Shown in pieces: positions 26,735 to 39,290 of a stretch of 64,000 nucleotides of DNA. The stretch spans positions 18,104,001 through 18,168,000 of the forward strand of contig CM022678.1 in NCBI GenBank assembly GCA_012295275.1. Direction: 5' to 3'. How positions within the stretch are numbered: the stretch's first letter is position 1; each line of letters opens with the position of its first letter. The DNA is from Chrysomallon squamiferum. Taxonomy: Eukaryota > Animalia > Mollusca. The position numbers and the translations under genes were made by a program. The notes beneath the pieces are model-generated. The model was not told the origin of the DNA. It searched no databases and worked only from the letters and a program-made list of their open reading frames with translations.

Positions 26735-29615
26735 CTACTAGGCTTAAAGTCTTTTAAGAAGTAATTTCATATAAATATTACTCAGCCAATCACTAAAAAA
26801 CAGCCAATCAGAATCCAGATTTCTATTATGTTAATCAAAATGCAAATGATCACTGAATAACTGATACATTCAACCAATGAAATTCCAGATCTTCATCACA
26901 TGATCACAAATTAACCAATCAAATTAAAACAATTCTTCATCAACTGACCTTTCACATTCAACCAATCAAAAGTTAGATTTCTATTAAGTAACCAACATTT
27001 CAGCTAATAAAAATCAGATTATTTGACATGTGACTATAAATTCAGCCAATCGCTGACCTGCTTTGTTACTTCAGCTCCATTCACTGGATCTATGCTAAGA
27101 ATGTGTGATGTGCCATCTGAGAATGAAATTTTAAAATCTAATCCATCTTTGTTAGATACCTGCAAGTAATAACACATACAATCAGTTATTAACATTTAAA
27201 TAAACTCACTACATTTCTCAAAATATATAAAATTTAGTTTGTTATTAATATATATATGTATTTTAAAATGCACAAACAATAAGAACTATATAATTTGGGA
27301 AATATTTAAATTTGTATAATCTGTATTTTTAAAAATCTATTATTATTTTTTTTTTTTTTAATTTACTTTTTAATTTATTCTAGTTCATTTCATTTATTGT
27401 TTTTGTTTTTTTTATATATATATATACATACAGAAATCTCTACTTTTTTAATTGATAAATTAATAGTTATTTGTCTTTTTATACAGAAATTCCTTTTATA
27501 AAGCTTTTTTTCTGAAATCATGGATCTATACTGTCAGTTTTTCTTTGCAGTGAATACATTACCTGAACATATCAAATGCTGTCTACAATTTTCTAGTAGA
27601 AGTAAATTATAATTTATTTTTAATAAGATAAATCTGACTTACAAAGACTTTAGCTTCATCCAGATATTTCATTCCTTTTCTCTTCCTGCCAGTAACAGCA
27701 TTGCCTCTATTTAAAATAAATTTTTTTTTAAAAGATAAATAAATAAATAAACAAATAAATAATAGCATGTAACAATTACATACAATTATTAGAGAGAGCA
27801 GTAATACATAAACCACATTCCTTATTTAGATTTCTGTTAAACTTTATTATTAGTAATGTGTTTTGTCTCTATAACAAAATTTGAAAATACACAAAATTAT
27901 TCAATGTTATATTTTAGCAAGGTCTGAAAACAAATAAAAAGAAAAAGAAATAAAGAAGCCAATAAATATATAAATAAATATAAACACTACAGCATAATGA
28001 TTTTGTTTCTGATGGTTATTTTACCTGTTTTCATAGTAAGAAAGCACGCCTTTGTCTAAAATAGCCCAAACTGGACGAAATCCAAATATTCTTGATTTCT
28101 GTAAATTAAAACAAAACAAATGATTTAATAGTCAAAACCAAAATACAGTAATACCTCACTTAATGATCTCCCACTTTAACAATCTTTTTTTCACAAGTCA
28201 TATAAACAGAAATTTAATAGTTAATGTCTATGATCTATTAAATCATTTATGACAAAATTGCCATTTTATTTCTCCTTATTTAACTTTTTTTTTTTTTTTT
28301 TTATGTTGAATCTTATCAGTGTGAACATAATGACTGTTTTTGACCTCAATTCCATGTAAATTAGTCTCCCACTTAACAATACCTCACTTAACGGTCAGAA
28401 ATTTGGAACCAAGCACATAATTAAATAGTTGTATTACTGTAAAGATTCACAATGGGAGCTCAGTCTTTTTAGGATTTTGTTTCGTCTGATCATATCATTA
28501 TCTTTACAGATCAGTTCTAGCTTTAACAAAATCCCCAGGGACAGGCTATTAAAAACTCAAATAAAAATTATTGAAGCTTTTAGAATATACCTAATTATAC
28601 AAATAATGCTCAAAAATCCAAACAAAACCCCAGATTTTTAATTATGAACTGGACTATTAAATTATCAACTAGCAGTAACAAATATGACATAATTTCTAAG
28701 AATTATCATTAAAAAAACAATCTCTTTAACCATGTTGCCATTATCACGGAATCAGAAATTCTCGTTAACACTGGAACACATTATTAAATTTCTTTCGATA
28801 ATTTTATTAACTTCAGAGCTGAAATCTTGTAACTAAAATGGCCAGTGAACCATATTTATCCACTAATTAACTTAATCCTAAGTATCAGATAGCCATTATT
28901 CATGGAAAAATAAATTTACATCAATTTCATTTCTTATTTAAGGTATGCAAAAGTATTAACGGCCATTAATTTAAAATTTTATTGACCTTCAGCAGTTGAC
29001 CTTCAATCTTCTGAGGTTGAATCTGAAAAGCTTGACGAGGTTCGACACCTAGCAACTGTTTGATCTGATGTACCTGGGTCATGTCTGCTGCAGTTTGTCC
29101 TGAAATGTAGAGATGAATGAATGAAGGATGAATGAAAGGATGAATGAAAGAAAAATAATAAGCAAATGAGTATTTAGTAATTTGAAAAAGTGAAAGAGAA
29201 AATAAAAAAAAATAAAACTTTAAGTAGAGTAAAATAAAATAATGAATATTTAATATTTTGAAAGAGTGAAAGAGAAAATTAATGAATAAAAATTTAATAG
29301 AATAAATAAATTAATGAATATTTAATATTCTGAAAGAGTGAAATAGAAAATACATGATGAAAATTAACTAACATCAAAGGAAACTAAAAAGTAAAATATA
29401 TTGTAATTTTTTTTGTTATGTTGTGGTTATACTAGCAATCTGTAGGTTGCCTAAAGACATCTTTACTTTGTTATGAAGCTGTACACACTGTAATAACAAT
29501 AACAATAATACTAATAATCATAATAATAATGACGATGATGATAATAATAATAATACTAATGATGGTAAAAATTAAAATATTGATGATGATGATAATAATA
29601 ATAATGATAATGATG

Positions 29616-29674
<59 letters not shown>

Positions 29675-31606
29675 GTGAAGATGCAGAAGAAAAAGAAGAA
29701 GAACAACAACAACATTTTTTCTTAATGTTACCTCTAATGCATCCCTGGCATTTTAACATCACATCATTAATTAATCAGAAATCAAATTAATTTAACAGAA
29801 ACATAAAACTCGTCAACATTTTCATTACCATTGTTGTTTTTCATGTTGGTATTGACTCCATGCTGTAACAGAAAGACAATGACGTTTTCTTTTCCTCGCA
29901 AAGCACTGATGTGCAGAGCGGTGTTGCCGTAGCTGTCACTGCATGTTAAATTCGGAGGTTTCGCTCTCTGAAGCTTGGTAAAAAAAAATAAAAATAAATA
30001 TTCAGACAAATTTTCAGAATTAAAATCTTTCTTCTTGGTTTGAAAAAGAGTAATTAGTAAAAACTAAAAAAGAAATAATATTTAATTTAGAAAAAAATTG
30101 TAAAAAAAAATTTTAATAAATATATAGAGACAGACAACACAGACATTTGTATTTATATATATGAAGATAAAAAATATAGGAATTTTTTTTTAAAAACTGG
30201 CCATTCAGACAGCAATAGTTTGTTTAAAAATAGAAACTGTAGTTTAGAAAATAGTATATCTCTGCTTTTAAAATGGCAGACGTTCAGAATGAAATATTGT
30301 AAATTACCAGTTTCTCTAATTGGTCAGTTTGTCCAGCAGCTGCAGCTTCTAAAAATTCCTGTTCCAGTTTTTTACTTTCATGATTTTCAGCAGCTGAAAT
30401 ATGAAATAAAAGATTTTCTTTCTGTCATTTTATAGTGGGTTTTTTAAATAGATATATTCCAAATTTGGAAACTAGCACAAATAGTTTTCATGCAGCATCT
30501 TTCCAAAAATGTTAGGATAGTGCGAAATCAATTTATTATGACCACAGAGGAAGTAAAAACTGCGACATCTACTTCAGTTACTAACAGAACTCAACAGTTT
30601 AAACAAAAATTAACAGCTCTAAAATATTAAAATGAGCGAAGAAGAAAAATGATGGAAACAATATTTATCCTTTAATGAACAACATTTATTTTAAATGTAT
30701 TATTAAATATTTTTCTGTCAAAATAAACCAGTAAAATGTGTAACTACAAACAACTTAATTTTTAAGGGGTAAAAAATGAACATGAAAGATAAATATTTAC
30801 TATATATATTTTATCAAAGAAAGTGATACTATTTTCTACTCTTTACCTTCAATTAGACGAATGACGTCATCTGAACTTGCCAGCTGTTTTGCAGTGTGAC
30901 CTTCACAGTTGACAATGGAAACATCAGCTTCATGTTGAAGCAAAACTGTGACAACAGCCTGAAAAATAAATAAATAAAATAAAATAAAACTGTTAAAATA
31001 ATCCTGTTAATTGGCTTGAAATTAAAGCTAAGAAAAGTAGACAGTAAATAAGAAAAAATTTAATGTACATTAAAAAGTAATATATACCTACAGAAGATGT
31101 GTTTTTAAAAAATAAAAAAAAATAATGATTATATGTAATTTAGAAAGCAGTATATTTAAACCACAGACATTTAGAGAGAGAGAAAAAAAAATCCATTAAA
31201 AATCAATACATAAATAAAATATATACATTTATTTCAATACATTACTACATTTATTTATATCTATATCAACCTACACATGCATGTCTGTGTGCTTAAGTAT
31301 GTACATACAAGTGAATAGAGAGGGCAAGAGAGAAAGTGAGTGAGTGAGTGAGTATATTTTTCACACCTCCCTGTTGGTGAGAGCAGCTTTATGAAGAGAA
31401 GTGTCTCCTGTCCCATTGATAGCGTTCACTTCAGAACCATGCTGAAAAATAACAGAACTGAATCAGTTCACTAATTACATGAGTAAATTATTTTAAAAAG
31501 CCAACAGTGAAAACCATGTTAACTATAACATAACTAAATAAAATGGAAAATTGTGTAACTAAATAAATAAATAGATAAAATGAAATTCACTTTTACTATA
31601 TAAGAT

Positions 31607-31662
<56 letters not shown>

Positions 31663-32498
31663 CAATTCAGAACCAGAGTGGGATTAAGTGTTTTAATCTT
31701 CTAGTGCCATGCTGGTATTTTAATATTTTAATATATTTATGTGATTTTAAGGGCTGTTTTTACATTTTTACATTACTGAATAAAATTAAATGTTTTACTA
31801 TTATTTTGTTTAAGTAATAATAATAAGTAATAATAATAAAAAAATGCAGATGTTGCACTGGAAGTTTTTGCAGAAGTTAAACTTAAACTATATAAAAAAA
31901 CTGTTATCGTGAAGATTAAAAATATTTTTAATATTTTATTAAAAATTTAAAATATATAAAAAAATCTGTTATCGTGAAGATTTAAAATATACTGAATATT
32001 TTATTTTATTAAAAATTTATATATATAAAAAATCTGTTATCACAAAGATTTAAAATATCTTTTAATGTTTTAATATGTAAAAATTTAAATTATATAAAAA
32101 TATCTGATATCATGAAGATTTAAAAATATTTCTAATGCTTTACTATATAAAAATATTCCTATTTACTTCACTGACCTCTAACAATAACTTAACAACCTCA
32201 TCATGACCAAAGTAAGCTGCTAGGTGCAATGGCGTCCATCCTCTGTTGGCTTTCTGACTTCCTGTGGAAGAGCAACAAAAGAAGAATTTTTAACATTTAA
32301 TGTAAATAATCAGGTGATTTGTGTTCAATGATCAAAACAGGTCAACTACTGTTTATTAAAAACAGTGTTAATTTATATGGTTAATTAGAAACTGATGTTC
32401 TCTAATTTTGCTGTAAAAATAGAAATATGAACTAAATTTTGATCAGTTAATTAAATAATTTTTTGTACTATGTAACTCAGTCTCTTTCTGTCTGTATA

Positions 32499-32533
<35 letters not shown>

Positions 32534-32976
32534 ACACGCTTGTATTTATGTGCATATGTTTATTTATGTATGTTTGTATGAATGTTTCTATGAATGTAAG
32601 TATCTATGCATGCACTTATGTATGTATGAATGTGTGTGTATATATGTATGCATGCATGTATGTATGTATGAATGTGTGTGTATGTATGTATGTATGTATG
32701 TATGTATGAATGTATGTATGTATGTATGTATGTATGTATGTATGTATGTATGTTTGCATCTATGTATGTATCTAAAACTAATTAAACTTCCAAGTACTTT
32801 TTATCAGATTCTTTACCTTTACAGTTTACGTCAACATCATCATCTCCATCTTTTCTCTCCAGCAGCTGTCGAATGCGTGCAACGTCTCCATTGCGAGAAC
32901 AATGTAATAGTTCATCGTCAGCTGAGTCAAATTCTAGTTCACTCTCTGCCGAACTCGAGCAGCTCTCATCTCCCAT
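9605..32976 (-). CDS. OSBPL1A: Oxysterol-binding protein-related protein 1 (ORP1L-like), 5' part of a spliced gene: 16 coding exons, 569 codons; the rest of the ORD lies left of the window
   Basis: Manually joined exons with GT-AG boundaries and matching phases give ankyrin repeats (GWTPLHLAAYFGH, GDTSLHKAA, GNTALHISA), a PH domain (EGQLLKKSRIFGFRPVWAILDKGVLSYY...KWLNALKEH), a coiled coil, FFAT (DDEFYDC) and the ORD lid (RTTLPVPMFSRNDFSFWSILKQCIGK). The ANK-PH-FFAT-ORD order is diagnostic of ORP1L. Confidence 0.95.
10855..11155. repeat. ~26-bp minisatellite (ttttatcattatcagtagaatgtat), about 11 copies
   Basis: Direct inspection. Confidence 0.9.
13635..13960. repeat. Degenerate ~33-bp minisatellite (tgtgttatactgactatattaaaaactataacac)
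   Basis: tgactata/tgactaca anchors recur. Confidence 0.8.
15685..15935 (-). mobile_element. Degenerate tRNA-derived SINE remnant (MetaSINE/MESC-like)
   Basis: tttaatgatgcattcaac...atgattaa...acagagaaaacacagctgc aligns loosely with the reverse complement of 49010-49110; cacagcctttgat resembles the Meta core as I recall it (not database-verified). Confidence 0.45.
18413..18426. promoter_or_regulatory. RFX X-box GTTGCCATGGTTAC near the internal ORP1 exon
   Basis: Near-consensus X-box. Confidence 0.35.
18897..18955 (-). CDS. OSBPL1A: Alternative first coding exon of a short ORP1S-like isoform (MDHSSKSSDEAKPQKKNTN-S)
   Basis: ATG at 18955 with an in-frame stop upstream; strong donor TAG|gtaagg; phase 2 matches the acceptor of exon 9689-9605; sits in a CpG-retaining island. 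Confidence 0.72.
18956..19345 (-). promoter_or_regulatory. Putative internal promoter and 5'UTR of the short ORP1 isoform
   Basis: Local CpG enrichment (ccccgcgaaacatcg, cggaaatgcggaa ETS-like cores near 19282-19295) directly upstream of the alternative ATG exon, inside an otherwise CpG-poor intron. Confidence 0.55.
24013..24097 (-). CDS. OSBPL1A: ORP1L exon 15 (GSPDTFKSFQESFADAISVSISDSSYSA-G)
   Basis: 85 nt, phase 1-2; bridges exon 14 to the phase-2 ORD exon. Confidence 0.82.
24330..24650. repeat. ~63-bp CT-rich minisatellite, 5 copies, followed by (CT)n at about 24706-24789
   Basis: ttgctctctcaatctccttcattct...ctcattgtctttctgttactctctc repeated. Confidence 0.9.
24856..25060 (-). CDS. OSBPL1A: ORP1L exon 14, coiled coil plus FFAT (LRELELKEEREKCRVLQDSLHALATEHHELERS...TEDDEFYDCDKDDDDDEEGVVQRF-G)
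   Basis: 205 nt; LATEHHELE and EFYD are conserved ORP1L features. Confidence 0.94.
25728..25834 (-). CDS. OSBPL1A: ORP1L exon 13 (AKPNLIQKGLESVLESSKDVCESLNQCMILFQQQEE)
   Basis: 107 nt, phase 1-0. Confidence 0.9.
26010..26094 (-). CDS. OSBPL1A: ORP1L exon 12 (TAEAHQQLLTEKITKISESLQQSNDASP)
   Basis: 85 nt, phase 0-1. Confidence 0.88.
26549..26671 (-). CDS. OSBPL1A: ORP1L exon 11 (KWLNALKEHIEYSTHYIHSCEAVSEYDSDKVSLGTLHDALK)
   Basis: 123 nt; PH C-terminal helix with the conserved Trp. Confidence 0.93.
26780..27052. repeat. Degenerate ~43-bp repeat rich in CCAAT within ORP1L intron 10
   Basis: CCAAT at 26786, 26804, 26874, 26915, 26962, 27046, all in the same orientation. Confidence 0.6.
27058..27159 (-). 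CDS. OSBPL1A: ORP1L exon 10, PH domain (VSNKDGLDFKISFSDGTSHILSIDPVNGAEVTKQ)
   Basis: 102 nt, phase 0-0. Confidence 0.9.
27643..27706 (-). CDS. OSBPL1A: ORP1L exon 9, PH domain (GNAVTGRKRKGMKYLDEAKVF)
   Basis: 64 nt, phase 2-0, gtaagt donor. Confidence 0.9.
28025..28098 (-). CDS. OSBPL1A: ORP1L exon 8, PH domain (KSRIFGFRPVWAILDKGVLSYYEN-R)
   Basis: 74 nt, phase 0-2, OSBP-family PH motif GVLSYY. Confidence 0.94.
28987..29099 (-). CDS. OSBPL1A: ORP1L exon 7 (GQTAADMTQVHQIKQLLGVEPRQAFQIQPQKIEGQLLK), start of the PH domain
   Basis: 113 nt, phase 1-0. Confidence 0.92.
29165..29350. repeat. Three ~70-bp AT-rich tandem copies
   Basis: atgaatatttaatattttgaaagagtgaaagagaaaat repeated. Confidence 0.75.
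29829..29973 (-). CDS. OSBPL1A: ORP1L exon 6, ankyrin (LQRAKPPNLTCSDSYGNTALHISALRGKENVIVFLLQHGVNTNMKNNN-G)
   Basis: 145 nt; AAG acceptor, with an in-frame CAG alternative 6 nt downstream; gtaatg donor. Confidence 0.92.
30308..30393 (-). CDS. OSBPL1A: ORP1L exon 5 (AAENHESKKLEQEFLEAAAAGQTDQLEKL)
   Basis: 86 nt, phase 1-0. Confidence 0.9.
30847..30958 (-). CDS. OSBPL1A: ORP1L exon 4 (AVVTVLLQHEADVSIVNCEGHTAKQLASSDDVIRLIE)
   Basis: 112 nt, phase 0-1, ankyrin-like. Confidence 0.93.
31367..31441 (-). CDS. OSBPL1A: ORP1L exon 3, ankyrin (HGSEVNAINGTGDTSLHKAALTNRE)
   Basis: 75 nt, phase 0-0, ag/gt boundaries. Confidence 0.93.
31885..32155. repeat. Four ~66-bp AT-rich tandem copies
   Basis: tatataaaaaaatctgttatcgtgaagatttaaaatat repeated. 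Confidence 0.8.
32176..32261 (-). CDS. OSBPL1A: ORP1L exon 2, ankyrin (GSQKANRGWTPLHLAAYFGHDEVVKLLLE)
   Basis: cag acceptor, gtcagt donor, 86 nt, canonical ankyrin TPLH motif. Confidence 0.95.
32817..32976 (-). CDS. OSBPL1A: ORP1L coding exon 1 (MGDESCSSSAESELEFDSADDELLHCSRNGDVARIRQLLERKDGDDDVDVNCK-G)
   Basis: ATG at 32976; 160 nt; donor AAG|gtaaag, phase 1; LLHCSRNG...VNCKG matches the ORP1L N-terminus. Confidence 0.92.
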
Positions 32977-33162
32977 TGGTCAGAACAGTTTGTTATGTCT
33001 TCAGTGATTGGTCAGTGTAATCAATAAATCTTCGCTGATTGGCCAGAACTGTTTGGTACGTCTTCAATGATTGGTCGTTTCTGATTGGTATGTTATAATG
33101 TATTAGTATGTTGTCTTCATCTATTGGTCAAAGAGATTCCTGTGTTTTTTGTTTGGACCAAT
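32975..33162 (-). promoter_or_regulatory. Cluster of seven CCAAT/ATTGG boxes at the ORP1L start codon
   Basis: ATTGG at 32975, 33007, 33038, 33070, 33084, 33123 and CCAAT at 33158. Confidence 0.45.
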
Positions 33163-33765
33163 CAGACCTCTTAAAACAAGTTACTTTGCACTCACTGGTT
33201 ACAGCAACTGGAAGAAATAGTCAAATCTTCACTGAGTGCTACAATGTTTAGAGCCAGTTAATTTCTGTCTGACAGGTCACAATCTTTTCGCGGATTGATA
33301 AAACTTTAGAGAGGTTATCTTATCTTTACGCTAATTGGTCAAGATATTTCAATAATAATTGATCAGAAGTGATCATTTCATTGATTAGTAAATCTGTTTT
33401 ATCTTTATCAATTCATCTTTTATCTGTTGTTGGCTCTGTTAAATTATTTTGTCCAGAACAGATATACCCAGTACTAGAATTATTTCAGTAGATGCATGGA
33501 CATACTATAATTTATTTTATATTCACTGTGAATTCGAATTCCAAAACCACTGATTGTCTTGTGCTAGACAGATTCATGTGCAGATCTTCTACAATATACA
33601 ATTTAACATTTGTTAATGTTACACTTTATATTATTAAAACAAATTATAATTTTGAACACTTTACTAAGTTAATAAATATAAGAGCTGTTAACATATGTGT
33701 GTGTGTATTAATATAAAGAATTTTAAAACGTTTTAAATTAATTTTCATGAAGACTATTCTAGAGA

Positions 33766-34490
33766 ACTGTAACAAAAAATTATAAATAATAATAATAAAA
33801 AATTAAAATAAAAAACATATACACATAATTAAATTAAAATTAAAAAGATAAAAAAGAAAAAGAAAATAACAAACAATAACAACAACAACAACGATAAAGA
33901 AAACGTTAAGATCGATTTCCGAAAAGAAGAAAACAAAACAAAAAAAAGATATCCAAGAAAAAAGTTTCCCATCATCATCCTCCCACGTATATTTTTCTAT
34001 GTTGCTTACTTGAAAAAGCCTCAATTATATAAAATTGCACACTGCATGTTTCGCCTGCAACATCCAGTATTATCTGCAAGATAAAATACTTCTGATCACT
34101 TACGATCGACAGAATTAGAAATAAAAGTTAATGAAAGCAGAACTCCACAAATCACATGCTCAAAACGTAAATAGGAAATTAACAAGGGAGGTAATTAATA
34201 AACATTTAGGAACTCTTCTATTTAGAAGTAACACAAATAGACGGAACTAACCGAATTTTCACGAATGATTTAAAAAAATAAAATAAAATAAAATAAAATA
34301 AAAATATTGGAAAATTAAGCTTATGAGCAGCCACCTCATAGACAAAGGAAAGCATTCAGGCTAAAAGGGCGGATATTTGGGATATAAAACCCACTTTTTT
34401 ACTCTCAGAATATTAACAAAATAAGGATATTATCAAATGTTACATTCCGTTCCGAAACATCCGCAATATCCTCCCGAGAAAAACGGGGGG
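33766..34490 (-). promoter_or_regulatory. Candidate ORP1L promoter and non-coding first exon (donor after 34010, acceptor before 33766)
   Basis: GC box GGGCGG near 34367, CpG cluster 34445-34495, minus-strand donor CAA|gtaagc at 34009, and acceptor ttttgttacag at 33767; no transcript data. Confidence 0.35.
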
Positions 34491-34638
34491 GGGGAGTATA
34501 GAGATAGAGATATCGATATAAATATACACACGTAAAATAGTAGTAGTAGTAGTAGTAGTAGTATCCAAAATTATTATTTAAATGCAGAAAACCTATAAAA
34601 TAAAAAGTAAACAATAATAAGGCAAAACTTTTTTTTTA

Positions 34639-34674
<36 letters not shown>

Positions 34675-35754
34675 ATTTACATCGATCAGTTTACTATCTG
34701 CAAATAATAACAATAATGCAAAATAGCTAGGAGTGTTAAAAATAAACATTGACTGACGTAGAGTTGAGTAAACTATAATAAGAAGAAAAAAAAAAGAAAA
34801 AAAGAGAGTAGATTGTTTACCAGACGACAACTGAAAATGCTAACTCATTGTAAAAAAAACATCATTATTATTGATTTATAAAAGGTACATAAATGAGATA
34901 AAAGCTAGTGTACACTGGATAACACATAACCCAAAGAATAACGTGCTAGGAAAAAAAAGAAAAAGAACAAGACAAAAAAGAAAAGAAAAACGAAAAAAAG
35001 AAAAATAATGATGAAAGAATAGGAAAAAAGAAAAAGAAAGAAAATAGAAAGAAGGAAAAAAAAGAAAATAGAAAGAAGGAAAAAATAGAAAAAAACGAAA
35101 AATAAGAGAAAGAAAAAACGAAAACAAAAGAAGAAAAGAAAAAAGAAAAAGTAATAATAAATAAAATAAAATAACAAATAATGAAATACAAAAGTAAGAA
35201 AGAACGATAAAATCTCGCTGTCAAAGTGATTCAGACAAGTAGACTGTTAATCATTTAATTTTCATGACTCGTAATCTAAGGATTAAAATAAAAATGACAC
35301 GATCACTAAAATAAATAAATAAATAAATAAATACCTAAACAAACAAACAAAAACAGAAACAAATGATCAATAAATAAAACAAACAAATGAATAAATATTA
35401 CTATCGTATCAGCAAAGCTTATTTTTATAACCATTTTCATATGACATTTTACACCAGTACATATATTGTTTTATTATTTATATTTGAAATTTTAAACCTT
35501 TATTTCGCACATTTTTTATAACGTGACTCATTCCATCATTAAATGTATATCTCTTTGAGTGTTGAGCAACCCTATTTTCTGCATTAATGGTTCAGTCCAA
35601 AACATAAATTTATACAAATAGAGGCACGTATGTCAAATGTATGTATTTTGAAGACTGTCTAAGATATGTCAATATTTAGACATCTGGGCTGAAACACATT
35701 AAATTTTATTTACTCTAATTTTTTTTTAATATACCAGTCTGTTAAATATCTAGT

Positions 35755-35890
<136 letters not shown>

Positions 35891-36355
35891 CTGTATCTCT
35901 GTCTGTCTCTCTTTATCTGTCTGTCTGCCTCCCTTTCCTTTCTTCTCTCTCTCTTTCTCTACAGCATAACAATTTTCTTTCATCCCATCATACAAGAGCC
36001 ACGACACCTGTTTCATTTCAAACTTTTGTACTTCGTACTTTCTCGTCAACAACACCTTAATGAAAAGACTGACTTAATTTTCTTTTTCTTGCAACGAGAA
36101 GAATTGTCAACTCTCACCTGACATCGTCTTCGATTTTTAAATTCTTTCTCTCTTGTAGAACAGACGTATAAAATGCTGTCTGTCCATTAGTGAACACAAA
36201 CACACAAACACGCACTGTGTGCATTCAATAAACGCGAAGAAAATTTATGACCACGCAAAGTACAGCTGTGCAGATAAGAAGGAGCCATCCCAGAAAGCAA
36301 GTTTGGTGGTGAACGCGCATTAATTTTAACAAAGTTTATAATTATTATCATTACC

Positions 36356-36394
<39 letters not shown>

Positions 36395-36512
36395 TAAATA
36401 TATACGTACTATAATCAGTTTCTTAACGTACGTCCTCCCATCTAAATCTATCTTACACATTTATGTCTTCTGGCTATATGTCTGTCGTTTGTCTGTCTGT
36501 ACGACTGCATGC

Positions 36513-36545
<33 letters not shown>

Positions 36546-36581
36546 TGTATGTCTCCATATATAATGTGTGTGTATGAATAT

Positions 36582-36615
<34 letters not shown>

Positions 36616-36757
36616 CTGCGTGTATGAATGTGTGACATATAACTTTATCATTACAAACATATGTAGTTATTTGTTTTTCTCTCTCACTTTGTCTGTTTGT
36701 CTGTCTGACGTTTGACGTTTATACTGATGTGTAGTTTTCTCTGTCATATCCAGAATT

Positions 36758-36800
<43 letters not shown>

Positions 36801-38151
36801 ACCCGCCCTTGATTTTTAAAATAAAATTATCAATAAAATTTAAACTTGAGTCGAAACTAATCCAAACAGACAGGGAACTGTGACAGAGCGTGAAAACGAA
36901 AGAAAATTTTTTGTTGTTGTAAGGAAACATCGACTGAGGTAAGTGTATATACACACACGTATTTTAAAAATTGTTTGCAGATTGTTTTGTTTTGTTTTTG
37001 TTTTATATATTTATTTAAAAAGAACAACAACAAAACTAAAAATAAAAAAAATAAAAAACAACAAGAAACAAGAAACATCAGACATTTAGTACTGTTTATT
37101 TGTTCGTTATAATTAGGTATGTATGTAGGTTTATTTATTTATTCATTTATTTATTTATTATAATCATCACCGTTCTTCGTAGTTGATCTGAAAATTTTTC
37201 TTTTTCTTTTTTTGTCCGACTAATTATGTCTTGTTGTCTAGGACTCTACATAGGGCACATTTTTATTATTTTTATTATTACTGTTATTATTCTTATTCTT
37301 ATTCTTATTATTCTTATTATTCTTCTTCTTCTTATTATTGTTGTTGTTGTTGTTGTTGTTTATTACTTATCTTGAATACATTCTGAGCTACATATTCAAA
37401 ATCCCCAATCATCCACTAACGGAAAGTTTGTCAAGTTTACTAAATAAAAGTTGCTGTCATCAAATTCGTATTTGTTTTCCGCCATATTGCACGGCATAGT
37501 TTATTTATAAAACATTTCGTCATACGTCATTAACATGAAATACGTGTTTCGCCGATTAAGTGGCGATAAAAATTAGGAGAGTTTATATTTTTAATAACAA
37601 CTGTTGTTATTATTATTATTATTATTTAATTCTGACTATTTTTAAACTGGTATCATGGCAACGGGAGATGTTTTCAAAACAGTCGTGGGACAACGTGTCC
37701 ATTGTACTCTTAACATAATGGGATGCAATCGTTTGAACGCACTGCGTCAGTAAGATAATACTCCGACATTTTGTATCCCAAATCAGTTTGTTCACAGGTT
37801 GCTGACCAAAGTGTCACATCTGTTGAAGGCAGGAACACCTTTCAACGGATGGGTATAAATGTTAGAACAAAACGAGGTCATCAAATACGTCACCGTGTGC
37901 AATAATCTCACTGCTACACCTGAGAATATTGCTGGAATAGGACGAGCGAACATTAAACCATTAGCAGATGGTCTAACATCGATAAACAAAAAATATATTG
38001 TAAGCGTCCCATTCTACAATTTGAAGATCAGGCGTCTGCTACTGAAAGACTGCGAAAAAAAAAACATCCCTGTCTTCTCAAAAAGGCTTTACGCAGTTGT
38101 TCTGCTTTTTCCAATGATTAACATGAATCGTAGAGATTAGTCTTGTATCTG

Positions 38152-38314
<163 letters not shown>

Positions 38315-39102
38315 CATCTGTCAGCATGCAAACCTTTACAGCGTTATTTTCACGTCTGTGGTGAAAGGTCCGGGAAATTACTGAAAGTTGTTCATCAAAC
38401 TTTTTTCCCTTCGTGACAATGTTTTGTTTGGTGAATCTCACACAAGACTGAGTTGTCTGGGATGTGTTTGTCATGTAGTAGCAGGTTCTGGTTTATCTGA
38501 ATCTCTTCAGTTGGTATATATACAACAAGTAAGAGGGGACTGTTACGAAATTTTCTTCAAACCAGAAGGGAAAGCTGGTTGCAAGAAATTTGCCGAAATG
38601 TTGGAATACATAACTGACATAAACCTGGCCTTGGAAATCTTCTTTCTGAGAACATTCTATATATACATTCGTTTTCCATTTATACGTGTTTTTGGCTTGG
38701 GCAAAAGAAAATCATTTAAAATATTTCAGATCAAGTTAATTCTGCAGGTATCAGCGTTCCACAATAGCCAATAATTGTCGCGAAATAGTCACTGCTGAAT
38801 AAAACGTATTGGATTGTTTGTTCAGAGCTAAACCAGGAGAACAGCTGCACAGTTTAAGGCTGAAAACGGTTTTGTCGGAAAGTTGAGTCAAGCGACTTTG
38901 TTTAGCCTCAGTCTTTTTCTCCTCATCTCCAGGATTATATCATCACAGTCTTAGCGTACAGACACAGGTCCAAGGACGGAAAGCGAGGAATACGCCTGCG
39001 ACAGATTGAGTTTGGAAAAAAACAGTCTATTAAAAATTAATTAGACAGTAATGACATACAAAGATTTAACCCCCAAATGTATCCCACTTGTGAAGTCGTG
39101 AC

Positions 39103-39196
39103 TGGACTTTGTCCTCCTGTGTCAGCGAATTCCTGAATGCTGTCTCCGTGAAGAGTCTAAACAGACGTTCGTAGGACAAAAGAATATTAAAATCCT

Positions 39197-39290
<94 letters not shown>

